Positions 10,947-17,961 of a DNA stretch of 64,000 nt are shown here, piece after piece (position 1 is the stretch's first letter; each line of letters starts with the position of its first letter). A model generated the notes under the pieces. The model worked only from the letters and a program-made list of their open reading frames with translations. It was not told the DNA's origin and did not search any database. The DNA comes from an uncultured Gammaproteobacteria bacterium (GTDB taxonomy: Bacteria > Patescibacteriota > Microgenomatia > UBA10105 > UBA927), in assembly GCA_964356315.1 (NCBI GenBank), contig CAYHHA010000002.1, forward strand, positions 3,824 to 67,823, written 5' to 3'. The translations under genes and the position numbers were made by a program.

Positions 10947-11890
10947 ATTTTTTTAATAAGCAGTTTTGGGAGATGTTTTTCTATCTGTGGTCTAAAGGGT
11001 TGTAGAAATGGTGGAAGTGAAAGTGATGTGCCCAGATCTTCTACTGATTGATCTACTGTAAATCCAGGTCCGTCTGTGGCAAGTTCAAATAAAATGCCCG
11101 CATGGGTTTTGAAATATATGGATTTGAAATAAAATCTATCGATAACATCTGTCGGATGCAGCCCCAATTTTTCTATAGCGCTTCTGAATTTCTGTTGTTC
11201 GTTTTCATCTCTCGTACGAAATGCTATATGATGTACTGTTCCTGCTGTGTTTACTCCATCTTCAGAGGGATGAGTTTCCTGAATTTCAAGAAGTTGCGCC
11301 CTTGATGAGCCTCTTGCTATATAGAGGGTTATTGACTCTGTCATTTGTAAAAGCGTGTATCCTAACACTGAAGTAATGACAGGTTCTATAAGTGATTTTT
11401 TTAAAACCAAGAGTGTTGCACTGAAAAATTGAATAATCGCATTTGTTTTTGGAATGTCGTTGTCATCATATACATTTGAATCATCTATACAGTCATCTTG
11501 TGTTATTTCAACTAGTTCCAGTTGTAGGTTGTCTGGATCATAGAAAACTAAGCGTCTGCGTGCAAACCTAGTGGTTAGTGACTCAAAATTGACGTTGTAT
11601 GCAATGAACCTCTTTTCCCAAAAGCCCAGTGATGTATTTGGCACAGCAAAAGAAATCTTTGAGACCATGCCAGTGTTAACTTTCCCCTGATGAGTCGGAA
11701 GAAATACAAAAAACGTAAGGTCCATGCCTGGTAACCCTTCTTTGTCTCCAAAGAACAAATGATATACACCTGGATCATCCTGATTGACTGTTTGTTTAAC
11801 CAGTCGCAGTCCGAGAACGCCAGAATAAAAATCTATGGTTTTTTGTGCGTCTGAAGCGATGGCGCTGATGTGATGAATTCCTGTTGTCAT
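10943..11890 (-). CDS. two-domain VOC/glyoxalase-fold ring-cleaving dioxygenase (MhqE/MhqO-like)
   Basis: N-terminus MTTGIHHISAIASDAQKTIDFYSGVLGL matches the MhqO/YfiE-type extradiol dioxygenase start. A second VOC repeat lies in the C-terminal half. Alternative start at 11908. Confidence 0.7.
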   Translation of the reverse strand: MTTGIHHISAIASDAQKTIDFYSGVLGLRLVKQTVNQDDPGVYHLFFGDKEGLPGMDLTFFVFLPTHQGKVNTGMVSKISFAVPNTSLGFWEKRFIAYNVNFESLTTRFARRRLVFYDPDNLQLELVEITQDDCIDDSNVYDDNDIPKTNAIIQFFSATLLVLKKSLIEPVITSVLGYTLLQMTESITLYIARGSSRAQLLEIQETHPSEDGVNTAGTVHHIAFRTRDENEQQKFRSAIEKLGLHPTDVIDRFYFKSIYFKTHAGILFELATDGPGFTVDQSVEDLGTSLSLPPFLQPFRPQIEKHLPKLLIKKI

Positions 11891-11952
11891 AGAAGTATTA
11901 TAATGCATGATGTATATTTGTAATATAGATTACAAAAAAGGAGGTGAATACT

Positions 11953-12186
11953 ATGAAAACGATGACTTGTAGACAAATGGGTGGGCCATGTGATGTGTTG
12001 TTTCAGGCGCAAACTGCAGATGAGATGATGGGGCTGGGAGCTGCGCATGTGAATGAAATGGCAGATAAAGATGCGGCACATAAAGCTGCTTTTGACATGA
12101 TGGAAGAAGGTCGAAAGAATCCTGAATCAGGTAAAGCATGGTATGAAAAATTTGTTACAGATTTTTCAGCTCTGAAAGATAATTAA
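11953..12186 (+). CDS. DUF1059-family small protein
   Basis: MKTMTCRQMGGPCDVLFQAQTADEMMGLGAAHVNEM resembles DUF1059 (about 70 aa, paired Cys near the N-terminus). Strong SD AAGGAGGTG sits 7 nt upstream of ATG 11953. Confidence 0.6.
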   Translation: MKTMTCRQMGGPCDVLFQAQTADEMMGLGAAHVNEMADKDAAHKAAFDMMEEGRKNPESGKAWYEKFVTDFSALKDN

Positions 12187-12239
12187 GGTTATATACATTA
12201 TACATCATCCTTTTTCTATCACAGAAAAGGGATTATGTT

Positions 12240-12890
12240 TTGTATTTGGGTGTGGTACAGTGTGAGAATATGTTTTTGCTCAGTGATGATTCATGGGAAG
12301 TTCGGGACACTCCACGCAAAGGGAAAGGAATCTTTGCTACCAAACAAGTTGAAGCCGGGTGTGTAATTGGCGATTATCTGGGAATGGTTATTAAAACAGC
12401 AGAGTATGATATTTCTAAAGACGCCGCGGGATTATATTTGATGTATCTATCGGATAGAGCATCTATATATCCTGATTTGAACGCCACTGATTTGCATCTG
12501 ATAAATCATTCTTGTAAACCAAATTCGTGGATGTATACCTATAAAAGACACACTCTATTTTTTGCACTTCAGACAATTGATAAAGGTGAAGAAATTACTA
12601 TATCGTATTTATTGAGTCCCAAGGATGAAACCTGTGAGCTTTGTCTTCATGTGTGTTATTGTGGAGAAATATGTTGCACTGGATCAATGCATATGTCACA
12701 AGAAAAATATACTGCTTGGAGGGCATTTCAACAGGGTATCAATATGAATAACTCTGGAGTAAATTATCGATACGGGCAGTTACTTCGACCACTTTCTTCA
12801 TATCCTGATACAATACCCATCGATCCGATATATGAATGGATGTTGAATTCAAATTCACCTGGTACTATTCTTGATACTGCCATTCTTTGA
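12240..12890 (+). CDS. SET-domain protein (putative protein lysine methyltransferase) with Cys-rich post-SET
   Basis: SET signatures GKGIFATKQVEAGCVIGDYLG, NHSCKPN, EEITISY, and post-SET CELCLHVCYCGEICC. Start ambiguous: TTG 12240 has an SD-like AAAAGGGA 7 nt upstream; ATG 12270 is the alternative. Confidence 0.75.
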   Translation: MYLGVVQCENMFLLSDDSWEVRDTPRKGKGIFATKQVEAGCVIGDYLGMVIKTAEYDISKDAAGLYLMYLSDRASIYPDLNATDLHLINHSCKPNSWMYTYKRHTLFFALQTIDKGEEITISYLLSPKDETCELCLHVCYCGEICCTGSMHMSQEKYTAWRAFQQGINMNNSGVNYRYGQLLRPLSSYPDTIPIDPIYEWMLNSNSPGTILDTAIL

Positions 12891-12947
12891 TCATGATTAT
12901 CAAGGTAAAGTTTCGAAATAGCATGATGTGATATTTATTTGAGAAAA

Positions 12948-13340
12948 CTAGGCAAGGGTTTGCACTGTTGAATCTTCTGGGAAAAATGCCATAATTTTAT
13001 TGAGTAATTCCTGGAGGCTGATATCACTTTTAATATAGTAATCATTTGCCCCTAATTTTATGGCTTCTTGAAAAGTTTCCTTCTTATCTATATTTGAGGC
13101 GACGATGACTGGAAGATTTTTTGTTTCAGACTTGTTTCGAATATGAGCCAGCACTTCCATGCCATTTTTTCTTGGCAAAATTAAATCCAATAGGCATAAA
13201 TCGTACACGTTTGTATCTAGCAATTTAATTGCTTCCTCTCCATCTCTTGCTATTTCTGTAATAAATACACCATTTTTTAGCTTTATCTGATATGCATCGA
13301 TAAGGAATTCTTCGTCTTCGACAATTAATATTTTTTTCAT
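12948..13340 (-). CDS. single-domain response regulator (receiver only)
   Basis: KILIVEDEEFLID...DLCLLDLILPRKNGMEV...LPVIVASN. Start at MKKILIV. Confidence 0.8.
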   Translation of the reverse strand: MKKILIVEDEEFLIDAYQIKLKNGVFITEIARDGEEAIKLLDTNVYDLCLLDLILPRKNGMEVLAHIRNKSETKNLPVIVASNIDKKETFQEAIKLGANDYYIKSDISLQELLNKIMAFFPEDSTVQTLA

Positions 13341-13509
13341 ATATGTTTCCATAGTATACAATACTAGGATTTTGAATGTTTCAAATATATCTAAAACATT
13401 CGCTTTGATAGTATGAATGAAAAATAATTATTCGGCAACACGAAAATAGAATATCCATTGCATGAATATTCACGAGAGAATATACTCAGAGACGGAGGGT
13501 TTGAAACAT

Positions 13510-13872
13510 ATGACTAAAATATTGATTCTTGAAGATGAATCATCGATACGATTTCCTTTGAAGGAAAAATTAATCGCTTCAGGATATGAGGTATATACCG
13601 CTGTAGATGGGGAGGAAGGGTTATCAGAAGTGACTGTGAGCAAACCTGATTTAATATTGCTCGATCTTTATATGCCAAAGATAGATGGGGTGACTTTTAT
13701 AAGTAAACTGAGAAAAAATGATTGGGGAGCTAATATACCAGTTATCGTATTTACAAACTTAGGGTCTCAAACTATAGAAGATCAACTAAAAGCATACAAT
13801 ATTTCAGGATTTTTTCTTAAAGCAAATACGACTCTTGATGAGATACTCCAAAAAATTCAAGAGATAATTTGA
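13510..13872 (+). CDS. single-domain response regulator (receiver only)
   Basis: KILILEDESSIRF...DLILLDLYMPKIDGVTF...IPVIVFTN. GGAGGG SD 9 nt upstream of ATG 13510. Confidence 0.8.
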   Translation: MTKILILEDESSIRFPLKEKLIASGYEVYTAVDGEEGLSEVTVSKPDLILLDLYMPKIDGVTFISKLRKNDWGANIPVIVFTNLGSQTIEDQLKAYNISGFFLKANTTLDEILQKIQEII

Positions 13873-13964
13873 GGCAATTTATCTGAATACTGATTGCGAT
13901 TATTAAGTATATATTTAATAGAAATGTTGTTTATAGCATATTTCTCTGATACCATCATAAATAT

Positions 13965-14216
13965 ATGAAGAATAAATATGTGTACGCGTTTTGTATGGTT
14001 GTGATCGTCTTAGTATTATCTTTAGCATTTTTACGTGTGTCAAAAACTGCTAGCTCTAGAGGAGAAGATTGCAGTAAGTATTCGTCTAAAGACGGATACA
14101 CAGGATGTATGAGTATAGTGCAGGGTAAAGAAAAAGTATGTAAATTTAAAGTTGACAATACGATTAACGAGACTACTCAAAAAATGGAATTTACGTATAC
14201 CTGCATGAAGAAATAA
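13965..14216 (+). CDS. small secreted Cys-containing hypothetical protein
   Basis: Signal-peptide-like N-terminus MKNKYVYAFCMVVIVLVLSLAFL. Four Cys in about 60 mature residues. No homolog recognised. Confidence 0.4.
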   Translation: MKNKYVYAFCMVVIVLVLSLAFLRVSKTASSRGEDCSKYSSKDGYTGCMSIVQGKEKVCKFKVDNTINETTQKMEFTYTCMKK

Positions 14217-14245
14217 TGAGCAGGTAATGGTATATTAGTCACATC

Positions 14246-15703
14246 TTGAAAAAACTTACCATTCTTCATTCTAACGATATCCACGGAGATTTTTTGTCTG
14301 AAATTCAAACTGGCAAAGGAAATCTCATTGGTGGGCTCGCGTTGTTATCTGGGTATATTAACCAAGTGCGGAAAGAGGAAGAAAATGTGCTCTTTGTAGT
14401 GTCTGGGGACATGGTTCAGGGGTCTCTCATTGATAGTGAATATAAGGGGATATCAACCATGGAGATTATGAATTATCTATCTCCAGATGTTGTCGGGCTT
14501 GGAAATCATGAATTTGACTATGGCCTACCACACCTTCTTTTTTTGGAGAAAATGGCAAATTTCCCAATTGTGAACGCAAATTTGTACATAAAAAAATATC
14601 ACAAACGCTTGATGAATCCATATCATATTATAAAAAAAGCAGGACTTGATATATTGTTCACTGGCATCATCACGGAAAAAATACTCGATGCATTGAAAGC
14701 TGATTCACTTATTGGAAGCTTTGTGAATCTAGAAGAGGCGAGTCATGAGGTAGGAAAAATTTGTAATGCATACAGAAATGATGATATAGATCTCACAATT
14801 TTACTTACTCACATTGGGTATGAATCCGATATAGAATTTGCTAAATTATTAAAACCGCAATGGGGTGTAGATATAATAATTGGTGGTCATTCACATACAG
14901 TTCTTAAGAAGCCTGAGAAAGTAAATAACATACTCATCGCGACTGCTGGGACTGGGTCAGATCAGATTGGTAGATTTGACATCGTCTTGGACGAGGACAC
15001 AAATAAGATAGTCGAGTACACATGGAAACTTATACCAATTAATAACGAAACAGCAAAACCAGATATAGCACTGGAAGAATATATCTATTCATTTAAGAAT
15101 AAAATTGATACAAAGTATTCTGTTGTTTTGGGCAAGTTTGCGCGTGTATTGACTCATTCGAAGAGAGAAATCGAAACTTCTCTAGGGAACCTTGTTGCTG
15201 ATGCATTTGCTCTTATTGGATCTTCCGACGTAGCGCTAGTAGGAAGTGGATCAATACGTCAGAATTCATTAGGGCCTATTGTCACGCTGAAAGATTTCCT
15301 TCAGTGTTTTCCCTATGATGACAGTCTGCATAGATTTGAAGTAACTGGTAAGCAAATTCGATCTATGTTCTCTTTTTGGATGAGACCGGAAAACAGAACA
15401 GGAGAAGGGGAGTGCTATCAGGTAAATAGTGACATCGTGGCAGTATATGATGAGCGGGCAAAATCATTACAATCATTATTTGTGAACCATAAGCCAGTTA
15501 AAGACTCTGCGGTTTATACGCTTATTCTTCAAGGGTATCATTATATGAATGCGTTATCGTATCTGAATATTTCGGAATCTGAATTGTTTCATGCTGGAAA
15601 ACATACGATCGTCACTACATCAGTGCAAGATGTGTTGGAAGAGTATTTTAAATCAAACCAGAATATTTCAGCCCAGGTAGAGGGAAGGCTTCTCTATAAA
15701 TAA
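14246..15703 (+). CDS. bifunctional metallophosphatase/5'-nucleotidase family protein (UshA/CpdB-like)
   Basis: Calcineurin-like motifs HSNDIHGD, SGDMVQG, GNHEFDYG, followed by a C-terminal 5'-nucleotidase-like domain. TTG start at 14246. No obvious signal peptide. Confidence 0.75.
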   Translation: MKKLTILHSNDIHGDFLSEIQTGKGNLIGGLALLSGYINQVRKEEENVLFVVSGDMVQGSLIDSEYKGISTMEIMNYLSPDVVGLGNHEFDYGLPHLLFLEKMANFPIVNANLYIKKYHKRLMNPYHIIKKAGLDILFTGIITEKILDALKADSLIGSFVNLEEASHEVGKICNAYRNDDIDLTILLTHIGYESDIEFAKLLKPQWGVDIIIGGHSHTVLKKPEKVNNILIATAGTGSDQIGRFDIVLDEDTNKIVEYTWKLIPINNETAKPDIALEEYIYSFKNKIDTKYSVVLGKFARVLTHSKREIETSLGNLVADAFALIGSSDVALVGSGSIRQNSLGPIVTLKDFLQCFPYDDSLHRFEVTGKQIRSMFSFWMRPENRTGEGECYQVNSDIVAVYDERAKSLQSLFVNHKPVKDSAVYTLILQGYHYMNALSYLNISESELFHAGKHTIVTTSVQDVLEEYFKSNQNISAQVEGRLLYK

Positions 15704-15764
15704 TGTATAATGCTTCTACTGTGCTCGCACTAGTGAACTATGTTGGAGCGTATTATTGATCTAT

Positions 15765-16361
15765 CTAAGTGTTATTCACAATCCATTTTAAATCATTCTT
15801 TGAAGCTTCAATCAAAGCAGCATTAACTCTATAGTCGCTATTAATAGAAATGGCAATCTCCAATGTGTCAGGGTGTATCTTTATATAATTTGTTAACCAT
15901 TCAACATCATAATTTGAAATATACTCTATTCCGTATTTCCATTCGACGATCAATAATGGCGACTCATATGGGTCAGAAAATACCGTTTTATATTCTGTTT
16001 TCCAAATCACAAGATCTTTACATACCTCATTTTTGCTCTCATCAGTTTGGTAAGTTTGTTTAACCCTAACCTCGATGCCGATTTGAGAAGAAGAATAAAA
16101 TGCAGTATTCGGTTGAATAACGCGGAGTAAATTTGAAAAAACAAAACGGCTTATTATCTCTCGCTCTTTCCCTATCCATGCCTCATTTTTGAGAGTGGTG
16201 GCGAATGATAGGATTTCGCGCTTAAATATCCGCAATAAATCTTGATCATCTTCCATTAAAAAAAGTATACCATAAACTTTGTAGCCATCCAGCGATACAT
16301 ATACGGACTTTTTGAGGCTAAAATATTGCACTCTTTTTATCTGAAATATGACTTTCTTCAC
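15765..16361 (-). CDS. hypothetical protein (possible PD-(D/E)xK-like motif)
   Basis: No recognised family. SDPYESPLLIVEWKYG could be a D...ExK nuclease-fold motif; this is weak inference. Confidence 0.35.
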   Translation of the reverse strand: MKKVIFQIKRVQYFSLKKSVYVSLDGYKVYGILFLMEDDQDLLRIFKREILSFATTLKNEAWIGKEREIISRFVFSNLLRVIQPNTAFYSSSQIGIEVRVKQTYQTDESKNEVCKDLVIWKTEYKTVFSDPYESPLLIVEWKYGIEYISNYDVEWLTNYIKIHPDTLEIAISINSDYRVNAALIEASKNDLKWIVNNT

Positions 16362-16492
16362 CGGTTTTAAAACATAAGAAGCATATTATATAAATATATA
16401 TTCAATTCAATATATCGATGAAATGCTTATAGGGTTGAAAGCTAATATCAAATATTTACGAAGCGAAGGAAATCAATAGATAAGAATTACAA

Positions 16493-16744
16493 ATGGAAAA
16501 TATCAACGGTCAGTTGGCAATTTCCATACTTATCAATTTGATCTACCTATTCAGAGAGATTGATTTTGATCAAGACGTTGAAGTTAGGATCAGTTTTAAT
16601 ACTGTAAGTGGTCGAGTAACTGCCTCGAATAGCGATACAATCGATATTTCATTAGAAAAGCATGTTGGAGAAACAGTTCATGAATCGTATTTAATCATCT
16701 CAAGTAATTTTTTATTACAAAAACTATTACAACACCTGGTGTGA
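16493..16744 (+). CDS. hypothetical small protein
   Basis: ORF only; no signature. Confidence 0.15.
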   Translation: MENINGQLAISILINLIYLFREIDFDQDVEVRISFNTVSGRVTASNSDTIDISLEKHVGETVHESYLIISSNFLLQKLLQHLV

Positions 16745-16809
16745 GATATCCCTTCGATTCTACTCAGGGTAAATCTTCACACATCAGGAGTCTTAATTAC
16801 GGATTGTCG

Positions 16810-17562
16810 TTAATCCTGAATTTTTTTCGCCCCTATTATTATAAATGTAGGGATGTGGTGAGATTTTTGCAATTTCTTGGAATAATCATTGGCGAATCCT
16901 TTGGATTCGGGCTCGATGATACGATGAGTATACAATCCGTATGATGCCATTGTGTTAACCAATTCATTCAAAGGGTGATTGTACATAGTTAGCTTTGTTT
17001 TGTTATCCCATCCGGACACAACAGTTCGTTTTGCCTGTTTTAGATATCCTGTCGTTTTGATAAACAGTGTTTCTTTTTTGCCTACCGCTCCCGTCATCCA
17101 TTCAGAAAGGGGATACATGGGTCTGAAAAAATGATTTGTGGAATAGGCAAAGACTCCATTTGGTTTTAATACCGAAGCGATCCCTTTGCATAGAGCATTG
17201 AGGTCTTTGATGTAGTGAATCACCATATTCATAACGACGGAATCAAATTGTGAGTCCTCAAATCCAGAAAAATCTGTTGTGTCTCTCACTGAATACATGA
17301 TATCTATGTTTGAGCTTTTGTTTCTAGCTATCTCGATAAGAGAGTGCGACTCATCTGACGCAAATATAGTTGCACCTTTTTTTGCAAAATATTTGGCCAT
17401 ATATCCGTTGCCACAGCCAATATCGTATATAGTTTTCCCCTCTGGATTGCCTATGATTTCGTAAATTGCTGGGTCTATCTGTGTCTTGTGGAAATAATCA
17501 CCTGATTCTCCCATTGAAGTATTGTACTGATTGGCGAATGTATCGTATGAAGACATATGCAT
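16810..17562 (-). CDS. class I SAM-dependent methyltransferase
   Basis: Motif I IYDIGCGNGYMAKYFAKKGATIFASD. Start moved to MHMSS (17562) because the first three codons of the longer ORF are encoded by a terminator hairpin and A-run. Confidence 0.7.
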   Translation of the reverse strand: MHMSSYDTFANQYNTSMGESGDYFHKTQIDPAIYEIIGNPEGKTIYDIGCGNGYMAKYFAKKGATIFASDESHSLIEIARNKSSNIDIMYSVRDTTDFSGFEDSQFDSVVMNMVIHYIKDLNALCKGIASVLKPNGVFAYSTNHFFRPMYPLSEWMTGAVGKKETLFIKTTGYLKQAKRTVVSGWDNKTKLTMYNHPLNELVNTMASYGLYTHRIIEPESKGFANDYSKKLQKSHHIPTFIIIGAKKIQD

Positions 17563-17573
17563 ATTGTACTCCA

Positions 17574-17608
17574 CAAAAAAACCTGCCAAATTGGCAGGTT
17601 TTTAATTT
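17574..17608. terminator. bidirectional rho-independent terminator
   Basis: AAAAAAA + ACCTGCC-aaatt-GGCAGGT + TTTTTAATTT. A perfect 7-bp stem flanked by an A-run and a T-run, immediately downstream of the tRNA 3' end on the minus strand. Confidence 0.6.
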
Positions 17609-17614
17609 ACTTTG

Positions 17615-17898
17615 CTCTCCCGCGAGGATTCGAACCTCGAACCATCATCTTACAGAAACCCTCTTGTTACCAAAAGGACTGGACTATCTCATCATCCCGC
17701 TTGAGCGGGAGCCGGGTATATAGTCTCTACACATTTATCCTTCGATTTCGCTCTTACGAGTTCTATCAAAGAAATTTAGCTCGGGATTTTCCTTATTATG
17801 AATAAGGGGTTCCCCGAATTAGCCCGATGTTCCATCGATCATTACTGATCGAGGCTGCCAATTGACAGGATGCCGCTCTACCGTTGAGCTACGGGAGA
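17615..17898 (-). tRNA. tRNA (anticodon most likely GUU, Asn) split by a ~212-nt intervening sequence
   Basis: Minus strand. Exon 1 (17898..17865): TCTCCCG-TA-GCTC-AACGGTA-GAGC-G-GCATC-CTGT. Exon 2 (17652..17615): TAA-GATGA-TGGTT-CGAGG-TTCGAAT-CCTCG-CGGGAGA-G. The acceptor halves TCTCCCG/CGGGAGA are exact complements, with canonical D- and T-arms. CCA is not encoded. Confidence 0.65.
17653..17864 (-). other. putative group I intron in the tRNA anticodon loop
   Basis: 5' exon ends in U, which can form a U·G pair with the intron segment GCAG (CUGU|caauugGCAG, P1-like). The insert ends in G before exon 2. Internal GC-rich hairpins include CGATCA-GTAA-TGATCG and GGGG-AA-CCCC. Confidence 0.5.
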
Positions 17899-17961
17899 TT
17901 TCAACGAACTTTGCTATTATAACAGAATATAAGGCTAAATAAATAGCGTTATAATGATCTT

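Noticed and set aside
17611-17720. Reading this stretch alone as a long-variable-arm tRNA or tRNA-Sec (~95 nt between CTCCCGC and GCGGGAG)
   Set aside because: No D-arm can be drawn and the acceptor would start with C. The matching D-arm and acceptor 5' half sit 250 nt away (17865..17898), so this is the intron 3' part plus exon 2.
17466-17805. Two overlapping plus-strand ORFs (85 and 82 aa) from the ORF track
   Set aside because: They lie entirely over the tRNA exons and the structured intervening sequence on the opposite strand, and have no protein signature. They are explained by the RNA gene.
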